Of a stretch of DNA of 64,000 nt, positions 52,500 through 64,000 are shown one piece after another; position 1 is the first letter of the stretch, and the number at the start of each line of letters is the position of its first letter. Under the pieces are notes generated by a model. That model did no database searches. It worked only from the letters and a program-made list of their open reading frames with translations, and was not told the origin of the DNA. Position numbers and translations under genes: made by a program. This stretch comes from Azolla caroliniana (Eukaryota; Plantae; Polypodiophyta), in assembly GCA_043228905.1 (NCBI GenBank), contig JBHGNT010000022.1, positions 1,240,001 to 1,304,000 of the forward strand, written 5' to 3'.

Positions 52500-53984
52500 T
52501 GTTTGTCGGATTTGATGACTCCCTCCAATTTTCGAAGCACAAATTCATGGAGTGGGTTGAAAGCTTGGGGAAGAGAAGAAACATAACGGCCCTCCTCCAA
52601 GAATTCGAAATGAGGTTTGCCCATCTCTCAACACTGGATCGGACAGTGCTTGATACGAGCAAGGTCCTATTGTTTATCAAGTCTGTTGATGCGGAGGACC
52701 ATGAGAAGGTAGACATTCTGCTCAAGACTGATGAGGGACTCACGGCTGATGGGGTTGTGGCAAAGAGGGTTTGTGGCCACTTCGACATGCGGCTGGACTA
52801 GACAAACGAATGGGCATTCGTGGCCACGCCGACGGTATGCAAGAAACAGGGAGGGTAGCTTTGGTGCGACCAGATGAGACAAGGTTGTGGCTGGAATCAG
52901 GGACGGTTCCAACTAATGTGGTTGGCAGACCGGCCGGGGACCCAGCACTAGAAGAGTTGACCAAGTTGATGCAGGACCTCCAAATCGCACAAGCACGAAG
53001 GGACTTCGGAGGTTTGAACAAAGGTGCATGTGGTGCGATGTCGTCGGCCATGACCGGAAGAACTGCATGGATTTTAATGAAGCGCTCAGAAATAATGTTG
53101 TGTACCTCTAGAACAGCCGGGTGCACGCCAATGAGACACAGGCGGCCGTCAGTTTGAACTTCGGCCAAGGTGGAATGAAGTGATTAATGGAAGAGGCTAT
53201 GATGCAACACGTTGAGACCGTCCACTATTCAGCGTCAACCGGCATCCGGATCAGAGGAGAAGATGACCAAGTGACGAAAGACTCCAGGTTTTGGCTATTG
53301 GTTCTAGAAGGTCTTTCTAGGGTAAAGCTAAGGAAGGAGGAGGCAGACCATGTGGAAAGGCAGGTCCAAGAGGGCACCGGATGGGACGATCCAGTAGACG
53401 AGAAAACCGGCTTTGTTGAGGCTTGTGCTAGAACTATGAAGTTCTAGTAGAAGACAAGCGAGCCGGGAAGGGCAGAGTAGCTGGACCTATATGAGACCCA
53501 AAACGTGCCGAAGAAAAACAACGTGATTCGGGGCGGCCCACAGGAGAGGTTGAAACCGGCAGGTTTTTGATTGGGCTCGAAGATAGAGAGAGCGACAGAC
53601 CTACGAAAGGTCTTGGAGGAATGAATCCTTGCCAGCCGCGTGGAGCTCACCCTAAGGGAGGTACTGGGGATTGCAAAGAAAGTATTCCACGATTCCATCG
53701 TGGACCTGGTTAAACGGGAAGTGGCTCTTGACAAAGCCCGTGGAGGTAAGGGCCACATGTATCGATGATGCAGCAGAAGATGATTGTTTAGACAACCACT
53801 ATACGAAACCACATTGGGCTAGAGCAATGACAAAGATCCCAATCTGGATCGGGGATGTCAAGGAGTTGGTCGTGGCATTAATCGACCATGGGTTAGAAAT
53901 AAACCTACGTCGTTGGACTTCTACAAGAACGAGAAATGGTTGATTAACACCAAGCACGGGTGAAAGATACGTGCAGCAACCCGT
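52500..53984 (+). mobile_element. Old degenerate Gypsy gag-protease copy of the same family as the 53985 element
   Basis: FMEWVE..LLQEFEMRFAHLSTLD..VLLFIKSVD and ALIDHGLEINL are colinear with 54660-56500; many stops. Confidence 0.88.
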
Positions 53985-56900
53985 TGTCGTGAAGAAAACC
54001 GTCCACAAGCGGAATCGGTGCACAGGAGCGTAGGAACCGGCTCTTCTCGAATGTTGTCCATAGAAGATCCTAGGCGGGTAGATTTAGTGGGTAGGAAGTA
54101 AAGGGGAAACGGCTCCTTCCTTGCCTATAAAAAGGAGGGAGACGAGAAGGGAAAGGGGATCACGGAGAGTCGAGGACGAAGTGCTGTCGATTTGCGTGCG
54201 AAGGCTTCTCTCTCTCTCTCTCTGGTTCGCAAACTCCATAGCTTCCTTCTGTGCAGGTTTCGGGAGGCTCGCGCTGCTCTGAGGAATGCCCGAGTGCTTC
54301 CGGTAGCACCTCCAACCTACTGCTGTCTTTCTGTGCGTTTACGAACAGGCATCGGCATCTGTTCGCCGGCCTATTCGGTTGTAACCGACTCCGTGTTTTT
54401 GTTGCTTTCGTGTTCTTGTTGTTGTCTTTGTTAATACATACATACCTTCGTGTCTCTCTGTGTCGTTGTCCCACTCGCATCTTTGCGTCGAAGGGCCGTG
54501 TCCCTGTGAATCTACGCTCGCACGTAGTGGGTCTCTTCTCTTTCTCTCTTGCTCTTCGGTACAGGACCCCCGAGGTCCCGCCTCACTCCACGCATCTGCG
54601 AGGAATACCTCGACATCTTTGGTGAACCCGACGTGAAAGAGGCGGCAGAAGAGCAGAAGATGAAAGGGTCAGATCTTGCGGAGGCCATGGCTTCGGTCGT
54701 GGATCGGATACTGAGCGTACGCGAGGGCTCCGGCGCCCTCGACAGAGCCATTGAGGCGGTCGTCGGTACAATCGGCCGGTTCAGCGGAAAGGATGCCACG
54801 AAGTATTTGGCGTCCTACGGGGCAGAAATGCTGATGCGGGACATTCCGGAAGAGAGGCGTCTTGTCGGGTTCCCTCGAGTGGCGATGCCGAGCATCCATG
54901 CGGAGGTGCTCGAGGTGCGGGCGGAGAGCCGTACCTGGGAGGAGTTCGAAGGTCGACTCCTAGAAAAATATGGGCTGGACGATGCGCTCCGGCTTTCAAA
55001 ACAGGACTTCATGGAGTGGGTGGAGTTCCCCGGCAAGGGAAGAAACGCGTCGGCACTCCTCCGGGAGTTCGAAGAACGCTTTGCGCGCCTTTCGGCGCTT
55101 GACCGAACCATTCTGGATACGAGCCAGGTACTACTGTTCGTCAAATCGGTGGACGAGCGGGACCGGGATCAAGTCGGCTCCTTGCTGGAAACCGAAGACG
55201 GGCTGACAACCGACTGGGCTGCGGTTAAGAGAGTCTGTGGCCGTTTCGACAAACGGCGAGAATGGGCTGACAACGGGGCGGCCGGTGCGAGCTCTGTCAC
55301 AGCAAAGAGGCTTGAACCGGCACCGCAAGTGCGAAGGGAAGAAACCCGGGAATGGCTCGAAACCGGCCCGGCTTCGACTGGCATGGTCAGTGGCTCGTCC
55401 GGAGGAGCAACGCTGGAGGAGTTGACGCGGGCGATAAAGGATCTCCAGATCGCCCAGACTCGAAGGGAAGGCGGCGAACCGGCTTGTGACCGACGGCCGG
55501 TAGCAGGGAACAGGTGCATGTGGTGCGACGAGGTCGGCCACATCCGGAAGGACTACGGCGATTTCGCAAAAGCGTTGAGGAACCGGGCGGTATACCTGTG
55601 GGAAGGCCGGGTGCACGCCGGCAACACCAGAAGGGCCCTGAACCGAAACGACGGGCGAGGAGGAATGAAGAGACTGATAGAAGAGGCAGCGGCCCGACAC
55701 GTGGAGGCCATCCAGTACTCGGCGTCGGCCGGCATTCGGGTCGGGGGCAGCGAGGCCCGAAAGGAGAGCAAAGACGGATTCTGGTCGGCAATGCTGGAAG
55801 GCCTCGTCGGTGCACGGCTGAGGAAAGATGAAACAGACCGCGCTGAGGAGAGACGGGTCCGGGAAATAACCAGGTGGAGCGATCCGGTCGAGGAGAAGAC
55901 GGGCTTCGTAGAAGCCGCCTGCCGGAACTACGAGGCTCTGGTAGAAGACAAACGAGTGGGGAAAACCGGAGCGACAGGGCCTTCACAACGGTACGAGACC
56001 CGATTCGGGCCACAACGAAACGATGCCGGCGGCCCAGCTCGCAAGATAACCCCAGGAAGGGTGGATACCGACTGGGGACGGAAATAGAAAGGACTACGGA
56101 CCTACGGAAGGTCCTAGAGGAACGGATCCTCGACAGCAAGGTGGAGTTGTCATTGCGGGAGGTGCTAGGGATCGCCAAGAAGGAGTTCCACGACTCCATT
56201 GTAGACTTGGTGAAACGGAAGAGGCTGTCAACGGAGACGGATCCGGAAAGACCGGTAGAGGTGCGGACGACGCACATCGACGACTCGGCGCTGGCAGATG
56301 AGTGGGCGGAGAGCCACTATTCGAGGCCACACTGCGCCCGAGCGACCACGGAGACCCCGGTAAAGATCGGAGATGTTCAGGAACCGGTGGTGGCGTTGGT
56401 GGACCACGGTTCGGAAATAAACCTGATGTCCATGGACTTCTATAAAAAGGGGGAGTGGCCGATCAACACCAAGCACGGGTGGAAGATACGGGCGGCGACG
56501 CGCGCCACCGAGGAACTGCCCGAACGTGCGAGTCAAGATCGGCGACGTCGAGATTGACCAGCACTTCTTTGTACAGGAGACGTCTTCGCACCCGGTCATA
56601 TTAGGGGAACCATACATCACGGCGGCGCGAATGGAGACCAAGGTGCTGGACAACGGTTCGGCCTACGCGAGGGTCAAAAGCCAGGACGGGCGCCATTCGG
56701 TCCAATTTCTGACGGTGCGGCCGAACCACGAGCGAAACCGCGAATCCCTCAGTGGCGAGAACCGGGAGGATTTTTAGAGAGGGCTGCCAAGGCGTGGGGC
56801 CGAGACAGCCCGGACACTCGGAAAGGACCCCACGACTGTACGATAGGTAGGAAGTTTTGCTTCTTCAACAACGGAGGGTGTATGATGGTTGGCATCGTCG

Positions 56901-58420
56901 GCCAAGACAAGACAAGGGCAGAAGAGCGACTTCGAGCGTGCGGAGTTCTCGGCCCGGACGAGGAAATCAGCAGAGCCGTGGAGGCGGTCTCCTTCGAAGA
57001 CACCTTGGGAATGCTGAGGAAGGTAGCCAGAGAAGACCTTAACGAAGACCGGACGATACCGGTATGTTCTGAAGAGATGTACGAGGTCATCGCGAACTTC
57101 AGTCGGGGGCTCGGGTCGGATCGGACGGCCCGAGTTAGCACGAAGTACAAGACTGTGGACCGGAAGGTAAGGCCAGTCGCGGCACCCTTACCGGAGGGCA
57201 GCGAGTCCCGAATCAGAGGGGTTGCGTCGGACCCCAGTTTACGAGATCCGGCCTGCATAGGGCACACCTTCACCGAAGGGACACTCCGGGAGCTCAAGAT
57301 CGGTGGGGGTGGGTTCCTACTGCCGGCGGAGGAAGACCGGTTTCGGAGAATGCTCGGAAGGCATGAGAAAGCCTTCGCATTCTCACCAGGAGAGATCGGG
57401 TGCATTGACCCGACGATCATAGAACTAATAGTGATCTTCACGGTGCCGCATGTGCCATGGAATCTCAAACCGATTCCAGTACTGAGAGCTCACATCCCGA
57501 AGTTGATGGAGTACAAAAGCAGAAAGTGGAGATGGGAATCCTCAACCCATTGAGTGCCCCCTATTCGAATCGGTTGTTTACGGTGCCAAAGAAGAACATC
57601 ACATTGCGCTTCATACAGGACCTACAACCGGTCAAACAATTGACCATTCGGAACGCAGGAATCGGGCCGACCATCGACGAGTTCATAGAGGCCTTCGCGG
57701 GAAGGCCGATCTACTCAGTCGGCGATTTGTACTCCAAGTATGACCAGTTCCAACTAGCCATAGAAAGCAGTTATATCACGATGATGTGAACCCCTCTCAG
57801 CTTAGTTAAGATAGGTACCTTGCTAGAAAGAGGGATTAACTCGGTGGCGTACATGGTGAATGCGATGTACAAGGTTTTGAGGGAGTGTATCTCAGACATC
57901 ACCATGCCATTTTTGGAGGACATCCCGATCAAGGGATGTCTAGAGGAAGCGAAGGACGAAGAGTTTGGGCCAAACAAGTGCCAAAAGTTTGTCGTGGACC
58001 ACATCTCGGAAATCGAGAAGATACTACAGAGGCTTGAGGGCACTCGGCTTACCTTCTACGGGGAGAAGTCGGCTTTTAGACAATCTGAGATCTTAGTGGT
58101 GTGGCACTTATGCGGGCCGTACAGCTTGAAACCGTCTCCGGTAAAGGTAGAGGCCATCTCCGCGATGAAGGAGGATGCAGGTCGGTCACAGAGGTCCGAA
58201 GATTCCTGGGAGCATGCGCCTTCTAGCACATATGGATTCCGCACTACGCAAACGTCGATGAGCCGCTCTACGGACTGTTGAAGAAGGGTCAGAAGTTCGA
58301 GTGGGAAGAAGAACATGCGGAATCGGTTCGGAGACTAAAGGAGGCACTAACTGTGGCACCAACTCTCCATAAAGCGGTCTATGGGAAGGACACCCCAATT
58401 TACGTAATGATGGACATGAG
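53985..58420 (+). mobile_element. Gypsy element with tRNA-Trp PBS: 5' LTR, gag, protease, RT; truncated by a Copia LTR
   Basis: LTR 53985-54615 (TGTCG..CGACA) and PBS TGGTGAACCCGACGTGAA 54620-54637, complementary to the plant tRNA-Trp 3' end. Gag from ATG 54660 with a CMWCDEVGH knuckle, LVDHGS protease, and RT fragments to 58420. Confidence 0.92.
56768..56834 (+). promoter_or_regulatory. Candidate -1 programmed ribosomal frameshift signal (G GAU UUU + pseudoknot)
   Basis: The heptamer is immediately followed by the protease-frame stop. The -1 frame is open into the RT ORF, and pairing stems follow after a 6-nt spacer. Confidence 0.8.
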
Positions 58421-59960
58421 TGTTGAGAGACAAGCTCAACATTGGGTGCGTAAACGGGTGCGTAACCCAGTACGTAGACTGGGTGCGTAAAATAGTACGC
58501 AAAATATGGCCGTGGCGGTGTTTGAACCAAGAGGCTGTTAGAACGTTATTCCTCGTAAGGCTCATTTATGAGCGGTTAAGTAATGTCAGTTCTTGTGTCA
58601 ACCCAATAGTTGGGGCTTGTATAAAAGGTGCTCATTGAGCACAAAATATGTATAGAGAACATACATAGAATTTTTTAATATAGTTTTGGTGTTTCTGCTC
58701 TCTCTGTCTCTCCCTCTCTTTCTTTGTGATTTATGTGTTTTACCAAATTGTCGTACTACTGAACCGTGTACTTTGTGTTCTTACACATACGCTTCCCCAC
58801 ATGTATTCTTTTACATGGTATCAGAGCGCGAGGGTTGAGACTCCTCTGCAGCCGACATAAAAGCATGCGATAAAGACAGAGTTAAGTTATTGTTTTCGGA
58901 AAGGATAAGACAACAATATGGATAGAGGAATGGGAAGCTCACTACCGACTGAGAAGCTTGATAGGAGCAACTACGCATCTTGGTCGTACAAGATGCATCA
59001 GTACCTACTTGGTCATGGTTACTGGAGTTATGTCCAAGGAGCTAATGATATAGCGCCTGAATCAACACACGGATATTTTTCAGCTTGGGAATAAGCGGCA
59101 AGCAGAGTTCTTTACTACTTCGCGTCCTGTGTGAGCGACGATCTCTTGAGCTACATTTGGGATGCTCCGACACCAAAGGATGCATGGGTGAATCTCAAGA
59201 GGATTTTCACCACTAGCACAACAGCCAGGAAGTTGTAGCTCAGGCAGGAGCTCAGCAATGTCTGATAGAAAGACCTGTCTGTGGCCGATTCACTGCCCGA
59301 ATCAAGGAAATCTGCGACTCTCTCGCCTCCTTCAACGTGAACATCGAGGAGGAAGAAATGGTGCAGGTGTGTCTTCAGGTGGGTTAGCGTCAAAGTTCGG
59401 AGCGTTCCAGACGGCGGTCTGCACAAGGGAGATTATGCCTTCGTTCTTCGAGCTTCAGTCGATGTTGATTGTAGAGGAAAATCATGTGGGTGCGTCGACG
59501 AGTACGCACACCGACAGCAAGATGTTGTACACGGAGGAAGATAGGCCCCGTGGTCATGGCAGACGAGGCGAATCAGCTCGCAATGGGGGCGGCCAAAAAG
59601 AGCAGAACGTGCGGCATAATAGAAATGTCGGAAGCAATTCTGAACCCTCCTGAAGCAGGGGGAGTCATAGTGTCACCGGAAGCTGACAAGAGAAGACCGT
59701 GACGAAATGCTGGTATGGTGGCAAGAAAGGCCATAGGGAGAGCGAGTGCTGGAAGAAGAGAGCTGATTCGGACAAAGCCAGATCGAGCAGAGGAGACGCA
59801 GGAAGGCGTCAAAAATCGCACTATGCCGAAGGCTCCGAATGAGCCGGAAATGGATCAAGCCCAGCCTTCGTAATGAAGCACAATGCCAATTCGATGGCCA
59901 TGAACACCTCGGAATCGAGGGGAGGTCTTGTATGTTGATTCTGGAGCGTCGAATCATATA
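58421..59960 (+). mobile_element. 5' part of a Copia element (LTR, PBS, gag, protease), truncated
   Basis: LTR 58421-58815, PBS 58816-58827, gag from 58918 (EKLDRSNYASWSYKMHQYL), CWYGGKKGHRESEC knuckle and YVDSGASNH. Confidence 0.9.
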
Positions 59961-61680
59961 TGTAATCCATCTTAGCATAGTTACATCCGATATCGTGCAA
60001 CACCGCATCATCCCGAGTATCGGAAGACAATCCGTTTCGATCACTACTTCGGCTCCGATCAAGTAATCTCGATCTAATTTTATCACCAACACGACTCCCC
60101 ATAATTCTCTTTTAACCTGTGCATATCCGTGTTGCCTTTCGTTGAGAACCTTTGCTCCGAATCGGATCGGATATAGTGAACCATCCGAATCTGCTTGATT
60201 GATGACCCATCCTTACCGATTCGTACTTGTTTTGCTCCGAGAGTTTTCATCCTGTGTGGGGTATCATGGCTTCTCGGACTATTACTTCCCCACTCCACAA
60301 TAGTCCGCTTTAAATTTTCATTTTTGTTTGGACGGTTTTCCCTCCGCTTTGGCTCCAAATTTGTACAAAAGCCGCTCCGCTATCGAGCACCTTTGTCTCC
60401 ATCCATGAAGTCGTGATAAAGGGTTGCCCGAGGATCATAGAGTGTGAGACCTCATCTTGCACGAAGAAATTTTGGTCAATCTCCACATCTCCGATCTTCA
60501 CCGTCACATCCGGACAAGCCGCAAATAAATCTTCCGTTGCTTTAGTAGTTGCCCAAATCTTCCATCCATGATTAGTGTTAATAGGCCACTTCCCCTTCCG
60601 ATAGAACTCCGTGGACATCAAATTGATCTCCGATCCATGATCAATCAATGCTAGTACGTGCTCTTTGATGTTTCCGATTTGGACTAGAGTCTCTGTAGTT
60701 ACGTGTGCCCAATGCGGCCTTGTGTAGTGGGAGTTCAGAATTTCATCCTCCAATTCGGTGTCATTCATTAGAACGGTATTTGCATTCATCCTTGGAGCAT
60801 TTTCCTCCGTATTTTGTCTTTTTCTCTTCACGAGATCCACAAGAAGATCATGGAACTCCTTCTTCGCTATTCTGAGTAATTCCCGAAGCGAAAAATCTAC
60901 ATGGCTATCAAGGATTCTCTCCTCGAACACATTTTTTAAGTCCGTTCGTTGCTCAATGTCCGAAGCGAGTTTGAATGCCGGAATTGTTTTTCCTTTCCCC
61001 TTCCCTTTGGAGTTCCAGCTCTCCGGCGTCTTTGATGGTCCGACCGCATCATCTGTGCGCCGTCGTTTCTCATCTACATACACCTCATGTAATTGGCATA
61101 GGGTGTACATGATATTCTTATCGACGGGGCACTCCCATCCCGTAGCTTCTCGGATGCCTTCCGTGGTGCTTCAGATCTCATTAGAGTCAGGTTTCTTAGG
61201 GTTTTCTAGCACTTCCGGCCAAAAAGACGTCTTTGCTCCCGAGGACTCACCCACACATATCCCCGCGGTTGTCGCATAATTGCTTTTCGCCGCTATTTCC
61301 TCTTCTAGGACCTTCTTCATGCCGCCTTTTCGGAAGTTTGGTCGGAGTGGCTTCCGAATGAATCTAATTTCCCTCGTAGTAGATAAGATCTCGTCGTAGC
61401 GCCTCCTTGAGCTCATCGCAATCCCTTCGATCATGTTCAGTGCCATCGCACCATATGCATTGACGATCCATATACTTGGAACTTGTGGGATGGTCATCCG
61501 ACTTCTTCACCATCGCGATTTTCAGATTCTCCATCTCCTTCAGCAACTGCTCCACCGTGGTTGCATCGATTCCCTTCTCGGTCGTAGTCTCCCGAGCCCA
61601 CGGTTGATGGTCTTCCAATTCGGATCTTGGTTTCGGAATTGGTTCCGAAACCCTCTTTTCTTCACTACCAAGCCATTACA
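59961..61680 (-). mobile_element. Gypsy remnant related to the DHG-protease family (gag, protease, RNase H piece), internally deleted
   Basis: CIWCDGTEHDRRDC, ALIDHGSEINLMS and VVIETDCLPILGM. Confidence 0.85.
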
Positions 61681-61689
61681 ACACTGACC

Positions 61690-62500
61690 ATGGATGAGCT
61701 TCTACAACTGGTGGAAGCCGTGCTATATCATAAAGGAAGCGATGGTATCTAGATGCAAAGGATACGGCAGGATGAGAAGGATGCAATACTACACTAGGCC
61801 CATTGTGGTACCACAAGAGGGCACTACGCAGGGGATGTCATGGCCAGAAAAGTATGGCAAGCGGGCCTGTGGTGGCCAACTATGCTTGAAAGGATGTGTA
61901 TCAGTACTGCGACCTCTGCCAACGCTTGGGACAACCTACGGAACTTGCAAGGATGCCTCACCAACTGGTGCTTCCGCTTGACCCTTTCCAAAAATGGGGT
62001 CTCGATTTTGTTGGCCCCTTTACTTCGACAGCGGCATGTACAGGCAATAAATATATTATAGTGGCCACGGATTATTGCACAAAGTGGGTGGCAGCGAAAG
62101 CGTTACAAGACAATACTGCGGCATCTACGGCAAAGTTCCTTTATGAACACATTTGGTGTCATTTCGGTTGCCCAATTGAACTCATAAGCGATCAAGGGAG
62201 CCATTTTTTTAATATGGTTATCCACGAACTCACAAACCATTATGCCGTAGTACATAAGAAGAGTATGCCATATTACCCCCAGACGAATGGATTAGCGGAA
62301 TCGACGAACAAGACGCTACAGACTATCATGAAAAAGATCGTTAATGAGAATAGAACGGACTGGGACACAAAGCTGCATAGCGCTTTCTAGGCGTACTGAA
62401 CAAGTTATAAAACTAGCATACAATCCACTCCCTTCCGACTAGTGTTCGGGTTGGAAGCCGTAATGCCCATTGAATTCCAGGTCCCCAGCTTGCGGTCTAG
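61690..62500 (+). mobile_element. Gypsy integrase fragment
   Basis: CDLCQR, PFQKWGLDFVGP, ISDQGSHF and YYPQTNGLAESTNK. Confidence 0.9.
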
Positions 62501-62800
62501 TATTTATTTTTGGTCTAGTATTCACACTCGTCAACTTTTTCTTTTTTTTTAAATTTCGACTCGCTCAGTATTCACAGTCATCGACCTATGGATTTTTTAA
62601 ATTTTTTTCCAGATATTATTATTATTATTTAAATTCACTTGTAGAATATTCACACTCATCGACCATTGGATTTTTTTAAATTTTGTTTTTATTTCTGTCA
62701 CCCGTCAAGTATTCTCACTCTTCGACCTTTGGATTTATTTTTATTTATTTTTAAATTTCACTCGTCCAATATATGCAGTCATCAACCTTTGGATTACTTT
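62495..62800. repeat. Degenerate ~60-75 bp AT-rich repeats (AGTATTCACACTC..CGACC..TGGATTTTTTAAATTT)
   Basis: The core recurs about five times. Confidence 0.7.
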
Positions 62801-63569
62801 TTTTTGAAATGGACAAATTTCACGCCAACGAACGATTTTTGCAATGACTAAATCTCATAGTTAATTCATGATAACCGAATGATTAGCAGGCTAATCATCC
62901 ATGCAATTAAAAGATGATAAGATTAGAAAAATAAAAAACTAAAAGTTAAGGTGAACAAAATGGTTTTTAATTTAATTAAACAAAAGGCTTTTTTTTGTCT
63001 TAATCTCCTCTTTGTTAAGTGGTTTGCCCTACAAGCTTACACAAAGCTCGTTGTTTGCTTCAAGTGTCGGTCTTGTCCTCAACAACCATGCCAAATAGGT
63101 ATATAAGGTCGTGCGCCTCACGGAATACACCTCTATGAATCGATGAAGTCATGCCTTCCATCAATTTCATTTGCTTTGATCTGGACCATCATATACCCTC
63201 TTGACGACAAACCAAGAAAGGGTAGTCGTGAAGTACCCTTGTGCTCCTAACTCACTGAACGATATATGTGATCACTACTTAATATCTCTCACACACTCTC
63301 TTGCTTACCCTCTTAGACTAGTAGAAGATAGAAGAAGAATATTTATATTGCACCCTCTTACTAAAACGTGTAGTTAGCATCAACAAAGAGGAGAGATTAG
63401 CGTATATTAATTATACACTATCGCTAATCTCTCTTTAGCTTATGATTACAAGAACAATCTCTCTCTCTCTCTCTTTCTCTTTAATCATAATTAGCTTACC
63501 CTAGTGGTAAGTTGATAGCACTGCAAGCATTGCATCTTGAGTTGGAAACCCAATTTTCTCACCTCTCTA

Positions 63570-63836
63570 TGTTATACTTGCCACTGTGGGATGTAGGGGT
63601 TGAACCCATCACCACATGGTCTCCATTGGGCAACCTTACCAACTGAGCTACATCCTTCTGGGCAGCTCTTTCTCTCAACCTTACCAATTGAGCTACATCC
63701 TTCTGGGCAGCTCTGTCTCTCTGTCTGTCTCTAATTTCTCTCATAACCACAATGTGCACTCTCGATTGCAACATTCATTGGTAAAGTTCTTGAACATTGC
63801 TACTCACTTTCACATGTATCACGTGAAAATATAACA
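63570..63836 (+). mobile_element. Short LTR-like unit with 7-bp inverted termini and an antisense tRNA-like module
   Basis: TGTTATA..TATAACA, followed by TTTTTGGTCTC. The minus strand at 63655-63588 has A and B boxes, and its 5' half is duplicated at ~63676-63715. Confidence 0.65.
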
Positions 63837-64000
63837 TTTTTGGTCTCATAGGTCCTATTTGACCTCCGAAGACAATAATCTATCTATCTATCTCTCTCTC
63901 GATCAAGTGATCGGGGTTGCCAGGTCTCCACCGCAGGGAACCGAAAAAGTGACGGCTTTCGTCTTCTCTTTGTCCGCCCAAAACGGAGCCACAAGTGTGA

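Noticed and set aside
55131-57468. Long antisense ORFs over the GC-rich Gypsy
   Set aside because: Expected shadow ORFs of GC-rich coding sequence.
63588-63655. Functional tRNA gene
   Set aside because: A and B boxes are present but there is no clean anticodon arm, and it sits inside an LTR-like unit. Reported as tRNA-like instead.

Overview
Eukaryotic land-plant nuclear DNA: spliced GT-AG genes, plant enzyme families and nested LTR retrotransposons. The element types suggest a seed-free vascular plant such as a fern, but that is inference only. The left ~25 kb is genic: the 5' part of an adenylyl-sulfate kinase gene (minus strand, running off the window), a complete 14-coding-exon SLC35A-type nucleotide-sugar transporter (406 aa) and a complete 8-exon CslB/H-like cellulose synthase-like gene (789 aa) whose QxxRW motif reads TKKRW. 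The right ~39 kb is a pile of nested, mostly decayed Copia and Gypsy elements, with an orphan intron-containing 3' fragment of a holocarboxylase synthetase gene. The strongest signals are RNA-level devices in the retroelements. (1) An antisense tRNA-like Pol III A/B-box module lies in three LTRs. (2) An 87-bp LTR/internal inverted repeat ends exactly at a start codon and is preceded by a uORF, a ribosome-shunt-like layout. (3) A chromovirus has a Tf1-type self-priming site. (4) A GGAUUUU slippery site plus pseudoknot joins gag-protease to RT. All coordinates were read by eye and no database searches were run.
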